This document shows positions 12,401 to 24,909 of a stretch of 64,000 nucleotides of DNA, piece by piece. Position 1 is the stretch's first letter, and each line of letters begins with the position of its first letter. This DNA comes from the human T2T-CHM13v2.0 reference genome, Homo sapiens. Made by a program: the position numbers and the translations under genes. The notes under the pieces are model-generated. The model saw only the letters and a list, made by a program, of their open reading frames with translations, had not been told where the DNA came from and did not search any database. The stretch lies in NCBI RefSeq assembly GCF_009914755.1, contig NC_060930.1; one strand, given 5' to 3'.

Positions 12401-14366
12401 ATGATTTTAGCTTCATGCTTTCATCAGTTGAAGTATTGTAGAGGATCTGTTTGTTTTCTGGCTGCCCAGCAGCCTTTCACCCTACATCCCATAATTCTGG
12501 TGAGGGATCTACCTTTTGCTCCCTTCTGGGTATGAATGGGGTCCTGCCTCCACCTTCAGCATGGAACAGCTGATGCAGGTCAGAGCCAATCAGTGACGGG
12601 CTCAGGGGCAGGACCATGACCCAATTTCAGTCTCTCAGAGTGGACAGACTATTGTTCATGTAAGGGAGAGAGTGGCCTTTCTTATTCTTTCTCAACAGAG
12701 CCAGAGCCACCACAGCATCTGCAGCCACGGGAGTGTCACCTTTGTGCCCCAAATAGTGCCTACTCCATGATTGGGAGGGTCTGGGGTCTGGGGCCTAATG
12801 TGAGCCTGAAGACTTTTCAGCTCACTAAGAATTTGCCTTGTTTTGCTTAATCCAATTTGAGTTGGATTTTCTGTCACTTGCAAGAAAGAGTCATGTTAGA
12901 TTCAACTCTATTCCATATTATTAGTAGGAGCTGCCATGGTGGAGTGCTTAGGATGTGCTCGGCACTTGATGCACTTTCTTATTATTTCCCTGTAACAGCC
13001 CTGCAGCCCACATCAGCTAGGAAACAATCAGCGAGAGCTCACGACTTTTCTAAGTCCCGACAGCCCATAGGCGGGAGCCAGGGTTCCAATTCAGGTTTGT
13101 CTGTACCACCCTGCACCTTCTCTGAGCCCCAGCTTCCTCAATGGTAAAATGGAAACAACAATACCTAACGCGGAGAGGTTTCTAGTATTTAAATTTTAAA
13201 ATATGCAAACACCAGGAGCAGCCTGGCACACCCATAGGTGTCCCTCAAGCCAAGTTTCCTTTTATTTGGCCTCACTGCTCCCAGACTAAGCAGTGCAGAA
13301 AAAGGGAACAAGAAGTCAAGGAGGTGAGGTTTTAAATATAATAGGAAAGAGACAGAAATAGGGAACCCAGCTTTGAAATTATCTAGGCCAGTGGTTTTTA
13401 ACGTTTTTTAAAAACCCAAAAGACATTTCATTAAATGAAAGCTTATACAAAAGGCTGATGTGCAAAGCACCATTTGAAAATGCTGGTTTTACAGGGATTA
13501 GAGCCAAGTGATACAAAGAGGTAACGTGTGTAGTTCAGGTCTATCTGGCTAGTGGCAGAGTCAGAACGCTTTTCCAGGGCCCCAGACTCCCTACGCCCTC
13601 ACCTGCACCTCTGAGAAAGCGGAATTGAGACATTAAGAGTTTTAGTTTTCCTACTGCCAAGGGGGTAAGGCTGATGGGTATAATAATTGTCAGAGCATAC
13701 TGCAAAGAGAAGGAATCCTTAAAATGTAATACAGGTGCTGACACCACATCCTGCACAAGTGTTCCCTATCTTGCTCTCACCCATCAACCAATATCAAATG
13801 CCATCCTAGATTTGGGGCCACGGGGCCTGTCTGCCTCTTCCCCAGATGTAGGTCCCCTGCCTAACACCCTCCCACACACGTTAGACATGTGGGTATTTGG
13901 GAAGAAGACTAGTTTAACTATAACTTTTGTTGTTATTGTTTTACATCATATTTAGAAACCCAGTCTGGTGAATTTCAAATGAAAAATAATCTAACACCCT
14001 TAACTTGAGATCTGGGTCAAAACCCCACTTACCTGGGAAGCAATATGAACGCTGAAATTATGATTAAGAGACTCAGTGACCTCTACTGGCTTTTTGCTTG
14101 CTTTTGGTGTAAGGGAAACATACGATCATTTAAAAAAAGATTCTGAAAGCAAAAAAAGAGAGAGACTCAAAGAAATGGCCCCCTCCCCTTGCCCACATCC
14201 CTTGAAGACTGATTATGGAGACATAGACAGGTGCCCAGGCAAAGTCAGGAGAGTTGGACAATGTTCATGGATAGGAATTTGTACAAGGATCTCTAAAATG
14301 CTCATTTTGTAACATGCACTGTAGGTCAAAAACAATTTGTTATACGGGCAATGGAATTGATCTCAC

Positions 14367-14473
14367 CTTGGGTTTCTCCCCAGCCAGTGACATAACATTC
14401 AATCCAGGCGGTGACCACGTAATTTGGGGATGGCAGACAGGCTGGGATTACTCTGTCAGTGATGATGGCAGGC
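14367..14473 (-). pseudogene. LPAL2: Protease exon (PLG exon 17 equivalent)
   Basis: 107 nt, AG/GT bounded; [35 protein letters not shown]. Confidence 0.93.
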
Positions 14474-16565
14474 CTATAAGGGAAGTATTAGCAGTTATGT
14501 TTGACTGCCCAGCTGGGAGCTGCAGTACCTATAACTAGGCATCCTTACCTTGAGGCCCCAGAGCCCTCTGAGCTGGCACTGCCTTGCTTCAATGACACAG
14601 AGCAACGTAGAACACAGCGTTTCACCCTCACATTTGCCTGTGGTTGCCTATGGACTACACAGATGTAAGGTTTCATTTGAAAGGCATGAGTTGCATGCAA
14701 GAAGCTGAGGGTGGCCTTCACCTTTGAAAGTAGGGATGACAAAGGCGCACTTCTCATGTATATTCTGTGCACGACTGGGATCTCATGCCAAGTGTGTCCT
14801 TTCATATTAATTGAAGAGGGCATTGATGACTGGGCAGAATGTCTGGCCGAGACATCATCAAGAGGGTATAAAATTGCAAATGTGTTGTGTGCCCAGAGCA
14901 AGTTGCTCCATCTGGATCCTCCACTTCCTCCTTGTGAATGTTACTAAACCGTGGTTGTAAGAATCCAGTAAAATGCTAGACATCAAATGAAAGAGGATTG
15001 GAAATAAGCACCTTGCATGAACAAAATGGCATTGTCAAAGAACATTTATATATCTTAGAGTTCCAGGAACTCTCAAACATTAGAACTCTGGTTTTTAGAC
15101 CTGATTCTACTTTAGTAAGTTCAAGGGGATAAAGGACTGGATATGAGAAATGCCCTATTCTGACAAAGAATCATCATTGCCACCAACTTTGAAGCAGACA
15201 CACTTTCTGCTTCTGGGCAACAGACATCTGTGGTGCAGAAGTCCTCAGTCTACAGGTTCCCTGGTGGAGCACTCTAGGGTGTGAGGATGTGGGGTGGGAA
15301 CTCTAAACTCAAAATGTATCAGCCTATCAGAGAATACCTCCAAAACTCAAAATTTCCAAATTGCTTTTTCAAGCCATCAGAACACCCTAGCTCTCTGAGG
15401 ACCATGAGGAGCGGAGACCTTGTATTTGCACATTTGCTGGGATGGTGGGGAGGAGACTGGGGAGCACGAGAGAGATCAGCTACTGTTTAGGCTGAGCCAG
15501 AAAGGCCCTTCTCTCCTTCCTAGAGTGTCAGAGCATCCCAGAACATCACTTGCTTTCTAGGACTGCATAGGCAGGTGATAGCTCAGAATACTGGCGTGAG
15601 CCACTCGGAGCCAGAGTGTAATGAAGAGTACAGGTAAAAAGTGCATGTTGGCAGCACTTTGATAAATCCATGAGGACACAGACCACCACGCAGTTTAGGA
15701 AAGAATGAATCTGAAATATGTGGAAGGTGAAAGCTCTGTAAAGCAAGGAGTTTCTAACCAATAAAGTAAAGAAAAATCAAATCAACAGCAGAGTGAAATG
15801 CAATGTGATCAGGTTTGTCGATGGCATTTCATAAACCTGTGAAAAGAAGGCTCTTTAGGGGAGAACAGTAATTGAGCACAGGCACCCTGATGTAGAAGTG
15901 AGCCAAGGAAGCAAAACATGCAGGCGGTTGGGCCTGTTTCCTATGCGTGTTTCCTAAGAGATACCCAAGAAAACTGAACTTATGAAAGGCATGTTCCACT
16001 GAAACAATACCCAAAAGGTCCAGGTTCTGTGGGATTGGACTGATTACTCTTCATTTATGGGGATCATGACCTATAATTTTTTCCTGTGTTTGTGAATGGA
16101 TGAGTAGCCTCGGCATTGAATTCAATGATTCACAAAAGTGTAAAAAAAAAATCGTGCCTGTGACAGACTGTAGGTAAGTTTGCTCTTGTCCTCCCTCACT
16201 GCAAAGTGTCACATTTCTAAAAACTTCCCTCTCTTTTCATCTGACAGTGAGACAATGGATATCCATAGAAACCCTCAGAGCATCTTCAATATTTTCCAGC
16301 AATATCGAAACTTGGTGCAAATCACTGCGCCTACAGATTTTGATGTAGCTACTTAGATCAAGAAAAAGATTCCAATTTTGGCCATTTTCAAAGTAGAGAA
16401 CCTAAAATAATATAATTATTTTTATTTTTCTATATTTTTTCCTCCTTCAGAAAACATAGAGGCAGGTACTGATGCCTCAGCTGTGTGGGTTCTGTGTAAA
16501 TGTAGAAGGATTTTGTGGGGCTTGTGTGGAAGGACAATATAGTTGGTTTCTGGGCCTGTTCTTAC

Positions 16566-16686
16566 CTTGTTGTAAGACTGACTTGCCAGGGCCAGGAATG
16601 TGGGTGGGCCACACAACCCCCTACAATGCTTCTGGGACATTTCTTTGGCTCCACTTGAGGCTTCCCACAATCAAATGAAGAGGATG
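16566..16686 (-). pseudogene. LPAL2: Activation-site/protease N-terminal exon (PLG exon 14 equivalent)
   Basis: 121 nt, AG/GT bounded; [41 protein letters not shown]. Confidence 0.94.
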
Positions 16687-17119
16687 CTGTGGCACAAGGT
16701 GGGAAAGAAGTCGCATTTGAGTCCAAGTTGGCAATTTTGTCAATTAATTTAGGACAAATTCCAAGCACTGAGTTTTTGATATTTCAAAGGTGAAATTAAA
16801 CAGTAAAATTATAAACAACTTTTAGATTTTTTTTCTAGGTTTCAAAAGTGGTAGTAAACAACACAGGATGCTCTCCTTTCAAGGAAATATAAGCGCTTTC
16901 TAATTATTTTGTTGGAGAAGTGATCAAAGAAATTGGTATAGTTCAGCATTAGAATGAGATCTTTTCTGAGAAGACCTTGATTGGCACAAATAGTTATTCG
17001 TCATTGTTATTCCGAACAATGTTTAGAACATGATGTCATCCTTCCCATCATCATCCTCATCACCATCCCCATCTAACCCACATAAAGTTTACAGAAAGGC
17101 ATGAAGGTTTCTTTTGCAT

Positions 17120-17170
17120 GTGAGTCTGTGTGTGCACGTGTGTGTGTGTGTGTATGTGTGTGTGTGATTG
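17120..17170. repeat. (TG)n microsatellite
   Basis: Visible TG run. Confidence 0.85.
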
Positions 17171-19523
17171 TATGTAGCAAGGATTACTGTCCTAAGTTGA
17201 AATGTTGCCTTCTCTCAGCCAGCTTCAGGACAGCTCCTCTGGGGAGCCTCCCATGACTAACTGACTGTCATTGGGGTGACTTACACACATGTGCCTTTAT
17301 TTTTCTTTTACCTCCTCTCTGCCTTCTCTCTGCAGCCAGCCTGCAAGATCTCTGGAGGTAGGAACAGTGTCCCATCTTTGGTACCACCCATCAATGCCTA
17401 CAACAGTGCATAGGCTACAGAGGGTGTTCAAAAATGCTTCTCTGTCTCCAGTCCTTCAAGGTCTTCAAAATTATAAACATTAATATAGTTAATAATATTC
17501 ACATAATTATTAATAACAACTGCAAGAGGAATTTCCTCCCCAACCAACCAGAGATTCTACACTCCAGTGAATCTGGAACCTGAGTTTTCCAAATAACTGT
17601 CCATTTGCCATGGGCTGTTCTGAGAATCTATCTATATAAGTCTTTTTTTTTTTTAAAGAAACATTGCATGGAATGAAATCATCTTCCCTAGTGCTGAACT
17701 CAATTTCTGCTAATATGCCTTACACACAGTATACATGCATCATTGTACTAAAAGAGTAACTACAGAAATTATGGTACCTGCTCCTACTATTTAAAATAAA
17801 ACTGAATGTTTCTATTTATTTTTACTTATTATTTATACTGAATGTCTTAGTGGAAATGAACTAGCTATTAAAATCATTCTCCACCAGAGTCTCTAGATTT
17901 CTCAAGCATGAGTCAAACCTGAATAAACCACATCCTTCTGCAGGAAACCAAACCCACCAACCACATCCTTCTGTAGGAAACAGTTCTGAGGATTTCCAAG
18001 TGTCTTATGGGAACCCTTCTCACAAGGCTTGGGGTTAACCTCACTTGTCTTACATCAAGGTTAGGTGGGGGACCTCACAGTCCATTGGGAAAAATCTTGC
18101 TCCCATTCTTCCTTCTTTCTCCAATCTTTAAGAACTCGATTCTCATACAACCTTTATGTGGGTGAGGACAGCAGAAATGCACCTGGGAAGCTACTGCACT
18201 TTCCTACCATAGGAGTCAAAGGTGCATGAGTCCCAGGCACAGTAGTGGGGTCTGAGGCAAGAAAGTCAGTGTGGGCTCAACTTCAAGGCAGCCTGTCAAG
18301 GATAGAGAGCCCAGGCAGTGAGAGGCAGTGGCATGTACCAGACGGGGCCAGAAGTGGAGAACTGGAACTGACCCCATCGAGGGACTTTCAGGTAGAGGAG
18401 CCACCAAGATGCTTCTGCAGAACAAACAAAAACACCCACTCAAGGAAAAGGTCAGCTATCAACTCACACTAAATCCAGAGACCACAATGCCACAATACAA
18501 TAATATTGGCCAAGTAGAATCTTTACTATCACCCTAACCTCTCATTCTTCCCTTTTGCTCTCCCCAGGAGTGTCCCAAATGCGAAGCTGGGCAGTGTGGC
18601 TCCCATAATCTTCATCACTGCCCTGTACCGCCTCCCCAGGAAATCTTGGAATGGTGGTCTTCAGTGGACTTGGAGGCCAAGCTGCTTCCCCCAGCTCAAG
18701 GTTCTTCCACATGGCAGACCCAACCACAAGCAACCAAATTATACAAATGAAAAGTCCAGGACAGCTTTCTGTAACTAGGACAGACAAGTTGATTGGTCAG
18801 CAGAAAGTAAAATAGGGGACAAGTCCAAGTGGCTTTTTGTTTTTTCAGAAATACCCATGGATTTGTTATCCCAGTTGTTTAAGATCTAATGTCAACTCCA
18901 CTTACCCTGATCCAAGCCTCATACTCCCAACAAGAGTCTTGGAGCAATGAAGAGGGAACCCAACAAACAGTCTCTAAGCAATGATGCTAATGTGAATCGT
19001 GAGGAATAATCTTAGGAGAAAGGCCATTTGGGGCTAAAGAGCTGCACTACCCTTCACTGAATTCCTAGGATGGCCATCTGTAGGTTTACAATGTGCACCA
19101 CATGCTTAGCTGTGCCCTGCTGTTCGTATATTTTTCATACTTCTCAGCTGCAGAAGAGAAAGGTTTTTTATCCGAATGACTGTAAATTTCTTTTTCATGC
19201 ATCCCATGCTAGACACTGAAGTGCTCAGTGGGACCACCCTGGGGCTGATTAGATCACCTCTAAGTGTGCTCTTTGGGAATTTTACATTTATTTTATTTAT
19301 GTGTGTGTGGTGGGAGGGGCGGGTGTTTCCCTAACAAATGGGGCCAATTGTAGGGCAGGTTCAAGATGCCCATGACGAAGGGCAGGCTCTGGTGGAGAGG
19401 GCAGCCATCTCCTCCCCAGAAGCACTCAGCTCAAAAGCCATTTTCTGGTTTTTTTTTTTTTTTTTTTTTTTGCAAATCCATATGAAGGAAGCAGTTTCCT
19501 TACCAAAACAGAAGGCAACTTAC

Positions 19524-19617
19524 CACAGAGAGGGATATCACAGTAGTCAAAAAGTTTTCTTGGATTCACTCTGTAGCACCAGGGACCATTGATGTCACCA
19601 TCAGGGTTACGGCAGTA
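19524..19617 (-). pseudogene. LPAL2: Kringle V exon 2
   Basis: 94 nt, AG/GT bounded; [31 protein letters not shown], apo(a) KV-like. Confidence 0.94.
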
Positions 19618-20092
19618 CTGAAAACAAGCAGGCATGTAAGCTCCAGCTCACGTGGGGCAAGAGAGGGAGAAGGTGTTCCAAGGCACACATGTTTCACATC
19701 TATTCTTAGAGACATAAAGGAGTGTTTCTTCTTCCTTTCTTTCTATTATTATTAAGATATTTTTCGCAAACTTATTTTTTGTATGCTCTAAAGCCATCAG
19801 TCATGTGTTCCAGTTCAAAAGAAGCTATGAGGCCACACCCTGACCAAAGGGGTGGTGACCCTGAAGGGTCTTTGGAGAATGGGCCTCTTCTCCAGAAACC
19901 CGACCCAGTGGAGGTCTTAGAGCCAGAGCCCCAGAGAACAGTGGAACATCATTGATGAGCTTTGTCCCTTGGGGGCTCAGGGCTCTTCTACCTGATAAAG
20001 CCTGTTAGCTGTTGAGTCAGAAACACTTACTTCCATGCATCATGCACCCTCCACGGGCGAGACACACAAAGGCAGTGTCATCCTTCCCTTCC

Positions 20093-20920
20093 TGTGATAC
20101 TGAGATAGAATAAGAAATGTATATTGGGTCTCTGCCCCCCAGTTCCTAACAGAGCTCCTAAATCCCTTGGAGTTTCCTGGGTGAAGGGAGCTGCAATGAA
20201 GCAACTCTTGGTGGGTTCCTGGATAGCCTCCGGGGCTGGTTGCCAAGGGAACCAACCATGTGATTTGAGTGTTGGAACCAGTCAGCCCCACCCTCCAACC
20301 TCCAGGGAGGGAAGAGGGGCTGAAGTTGAGCTGATCACCGATGGCCAATGATGTAATTAACTGTGCCTCTGTAATGAAGCCTCCACAAAAACCCAACAAG
20401 ACTGCACTTGGAGAGCTTCTGGGTTGCTGAACCCTTGGGGTACCTGGGGGTGGTGCACTAGAGAGGGCACAGAAGCTCTGAGCTCCTTTCCATGTGTCTT
20501 GCCCTGTGCATCTCTTCCGTCTAGCTGTTCACCAGGATCCTTTGCAATATCTTTTACAATAAATGGGTAAATAAAAGTAACGTGTTCCCCTGAGTTCTGT
20601 GAGCCACTCCAGGAAAGTAATCAAATCCACGGAGGGTCATGTAGAAAAACAGAATTTGTCCAGTACAGGTCACAGCCTGGAACTTGGGATTGGCATCTGC
20701 AGTGGGGCGGTCTTGTGGGACTGAACCTTAACTTGTGGGATCTGACACTGTCTCCAGATAGAGTGTCAGGACTGAGTTACATTGTAGGACACCCAGCTGG
20801 TATCTGCTGGAGACTCACTTGGGGTATGAGGAGAAATCCCCCCACATCTGGTGTGAGAAGTGTTATGTTACATGGGTGTGAGAGTGGGGGAACACAGACA
20901 CTTGGGTTTTTCCTATATCT
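20093..20920 (+). mobile_element. MER21-family LTR
   Basis: tgtgatac...ggtctctgcccccagttcc...gagctcctaaatcccttgg...gggagggaagaggggctg...ccaatgat motifs recalled from MER21; right boundary approximate. Confidence 0.65.
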
Positions 20921-21076
20921 CAGTCTTCCCTATACACAGGCCCCAAAGTAAACCATCCCAGAGAATGCATGAGACTAGGAGAAGTCCCACTGCCCCTTGA
21001 TGGCCCATCCCAATCTTTTCTAGAAAAATCTGACTCAAGCATCATAAAGGACGTCTTTGACCACTAGAACCTAGAG

Positions 21077-21608
21077 CAATGGTCCCCAACCTTTTTGGCA
21101 CCAGAGACTGGTTTCATACAAGGCAATTTTTCTATGGACCCAGGGTGAGGGGGCATTGGTTTCAGGATGATTCAAGAACATTCCATTTACAGTGTACTTT
21201 ATTTCTATTAAAATTACATTGCAATATATACCGAAATAATTGTGCAACTCACCATAATGTAAAATCAGTGGGAGGCCTGAGCTCATTTTCCTGCAACTAG
21301 ATGGTCCCATCTTGGGATGATGGGAGACAGTGACAGATCATCAGGCATTAGATTCTCATAAGGAGTGTGCAACCTAGATTCCTGGCATGTGCAGTTCACA
21401 ATAGGGTTTGTGCTATGGGAATCTAATGCTGCCACTGATCTGACAGTTGGTGGAGCTCAGGTGGCTATGAGAGTGATGGGGAGCAGCAGAAAATACAGAT
21501 GAAGCTTTGCTCACTTACCTGCTGCTCACCTCCTGCTGTGCAGCCCAGTTCCTAACAGACCACAGACCAGGATCGGGACCAGTACCAGTACTGGAGTGGG
21601 AACCCCTG
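21077..21608 (+). mobile_element. MER1A (hAT-Charlie) non-autonomous DNA transposon
   Basis: Starts caatggtccccaaccttttt, ends ggaacccctg (imperfect TIRs); 8-bp TSD acctagag (21069-21076) / gcctagag (21609-21616). Confidence 0.85.
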
Positions 21609-21861
21609 GCCTAGAGGACAAGGACTAGAAATGAGAAACAGCACCCAACAATGGAAACAGTAAAGAAATGTCACAAAAGAGAAGAGGCCTGAGAATCCCC
21701 ACACGCGTGGGGCTTTGCTGGCCTGTGCTGCTTACACTTTCCATGCTAAGGCCAATTACGCTTAGCCTCCTGAAGTCTTTCCAGTATTTTCCTCTGCCCA
21801 TCCTCTGTTTGAAAAGATGTGTCAGCAAAGGGAAAAAGAGTCCAAATCAAAGTGGCTTACA

Positions 21862-22164
21862 TTTTTTTTTATTATACTTTAAGTTTCAGGGTCCATGTGC
21901 ACAACGTGCAGGTTTGTTACATATGTATACATGTGCCATGTTGGTGTGCTGCACCCATTAACTCGTCATTTAACATTAGGTATATCTCCTAATGCTATCC
22001 TCCCCCCTCCCCCCACCCCACAACAGGCCCTGGGTGTGATGTTCCCCTTCCTGTGTCCATGTGTTTTCGTTCAATTCCCACCTGAGTGACAACATGCGGT
22101 GTTTGGTTTTTTGTCCTTGCGATAGTTTGCTGAGGATGATGGTTTCCAGCTTCATCCATGTCCC
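21862..22164 (-). mobile_element. 5'-truncated L1PA 3' end (~300 bp) inserted at the kringle V exon 1 donor
   Basis: L1 ORF2 tail/3' UTR (gggacatggatgaagctggaaaccatcat...cttaaagtataataaaaa); TSD TACATTTTTTT at 21858-21868 and 22165-22175. Confidence 0.92.
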
Positions 22165-22167
22165 TAC

Positions 22168-22316
22168 ATTTTTTTCCAGACCTGCCCGTGGACTTGTCCC
22201 TGGAGTGAACCTGCTGTGTCTATGGGGCTCTTGGGCAGTCCATTCTTGGCGTGGCGTCCCAGTAACAGTGGTTGCCTTCTTGCCCCGGTATCCTTTCCCA
22301 TTCCCAAACATAGAGT
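22168..22316 (-). pseudogene. LPAL2: Kringle V exon 1 (Cys>Ser and Cys>Arg)
   Basis: 149 nt; [49 protein letters not shown]; donor now GTAGGG because of the L1. Confidence 0.93.
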
Positions 22317-22840
22317 CTGTAGAAAAAAAAAACGAAAACAAAAACAAAAAAACAGATGATATGCACAGCCACATAGACCCAGGACAATATGGAATCAATG
22401 CAGTCATGTCAGGTTTCTCTAGGACGACGGAATCAGGGGCCACATTAGTCAGAAGCCACTGCTGAAGACTGCCATGAACACTATTTTAAGAAATTACTGG
22501 AAATGTTTATTGGCTTGGAAAGAATCACATAGTTGACAGCATGTTAGAATAGGAATTTGACTGGGACACTGAAATAACCTATTTTAGAACAAGGTGAGTG
22601 GTTAAGTTGAGCACCCTGGAGGTTTTGCGCCAGTCCTAAAGTCACTACACTCGCAAGTTGTGCCAAAAATCACAGCTCTGGCTTTCCCAGGGACGGCATT
22701 GAGGCTTCCTTGGTCATGGCAGACCCTCAACCAACACTCGAGCTCCCGTGCAGCACTAAAGGCTTCTGCATCAGTGTGGTTTTTCATGTCTTTTCATCCC
22801 GTTGTCCAAGCACATAGATGTCTGGATACAGACTTTTTAC

Positions 22841-23019
22841 TTGTTCGGAAGGAGCCTCTAGGCTTGGAACCTGGATAACAGTCGGAGGAGCGACCACAGT
22901 CCCTTCTGTCTGAGCATCGCGTCAGGTTGCAGTACTCCCACCTGACGCTGGGGTCTGTGGTAAAACACCAAGGGCCTGTATCGGCATCTGGATTCCTGCA
23001 GTAGTTCATTGTCAGGCCA
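22841..23019 (-). pseudogene. LPAL2: Kringle IV type-10-like exon 2
   Basis: [37 protein letters not shown], then a 2-bp deletion; donor altered to CAA/GTAAAA; 179 nt versus 182 nt in paralogous exons. Confidence 0.9.
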
Positions 23020-23181
23020 CTGGAAATTCCAAAGCAATACAGGTTACAGGAGGCGGAAGAATATTCAGGGGCACCCAGCACCCTCTACATTTTGTTCTAA
23101 CAAAGCCTTAACAAGTGACTTTGAAATATTCCCATTAAGGGTACCATACAATTACTACAACAAAAAAGGTCCTCAATTTCT

Positions 23182-23511
<330 letters not shown>

Positions 23512-23594
23512 GGGTCCTCAATTTCTAACCCACTGCATACCCTTAAAAGATAGATTCTAATTTTTATTTTAAAATATCAAAAGTAGTATATGCT

Positions 23595-23983
23595 TGTATT
23601 AGTCCGCTCTCACATTGCTATGAGGAAATACCCGAGACAGACTGGGTAACTTACAAAGAAAAATGTTTTAATTGACTCACAGTTCCACATTGCTGGGGTG
23701 GCCTCTGGAAATTTACAATCATGGCAGAAGGCAAGGGAAAAGCAGGCACCTTCTTCACAGGCGGCAGGACAGAGTAAGTGGAAGCAGGGGAAATGCCAGA
23801 CACTTACAAAACCATCAGACCTCAGGAGACTCTCTCACTGTCATGAGAACAGCCTGGGAGAAACTGCCCCCATGATCCAGTTACCTCCACCTGGTCCTGC
23901 CCTTGACACATGGGGATTATCAGGATTATAGAGATTACAAGTCAAGATGAGATTTTGGGTGGGGACATAGCCAAACCCTATCA
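23595..23983 (-). mobile_element. MaLR LTR (MSTA/THE1-type) solo LTR
   Basis: tgtattagtcc ... ccaaaccctatca; 5-bp TSD ATGCT at 23590-23594 and 23984-23988. Confidence 0.88.
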
Positions 23984-24909
23984 ATGCTCCATATAAAAAC
24001 TGAGATCATATATAAATGTGCTTAAGAAAGGACCAGAATACCCTCCTTCTACCTTCTGCCAAACACATACCTCTGGAGGAACCGGTATAGATTTTGAAGT
24101 GTGTCTTATAGATTTTTTATGCACATACAAATACACCTATGTCTCTCTAGCTCTCTGTATCTCTCTCTATAGGATTGTATATTAATATGTGAGTTGGAAC
24201 TAACATATATTTCTCCAAGGAGGAAATGCCATCCAAGATGATATCATTCCCAGGCCAGCCCCCTTACTCTCTGTACTCGTTGTGTAGCTAAAAGGCTCTG
24301 CATTTACAATGAAAAACAACCATGAAAATAGTATTACTGTCAATACCATTTCAGGTGGGTCAAGTGGGTTTGAGTCTACAAGACTTATAAAAGCTGAACT
24401 GGAAGACTAGCTCCCAGGCAGGATGCTGTTTCTCTAGGATGGGTTCCTGGGCAGGACCTCCTCTCTTGCTCTCAGTCCATCCTCTGCTGGCTGCAGCCAC
24501 TCTGGGACTGAGGGAATGGGGGATGAGATGAAGGAACAGTGGGACCCAAGGCATAAAGGGAGATGGCTGGCTAGACTATGGGATCTGAAGAGGTCAATTG
24601 ACTATGGAGGAGGCAGAAAAAAAATTGAATAAGAGGCACAGCAGGTGAGGACCCCAGGGTTGGGGGCATCTTGGAGAATGTGCTCCCCTTCGTTCCTCCC
24701 AGGAATGTTGCTTCAACCTCTCAGAATCCTCACATTCATGGCCTGTGGCTGTCTGAGAAAACTTGAAATGTATTATGTACCATGGGAATGCAACACTATC
24801 TCTGTAGAGACTCTACACATGTGACCCAGTCTCAAGCCCAGACTCCCAGCTACAGGAGGCTGGTTCTCCAAGCAACTGGATATGTTAGCAAGTGTGGTAT
24901 TCGAAGGAG

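Noticed and set aside
21976-22443. 155-aa ORF as a standalone kringle-L1 fusion protein
   Set aside because: It is intron + KV exon 1 + L1 read-through without a credible start; covered under the L1 donor finding.
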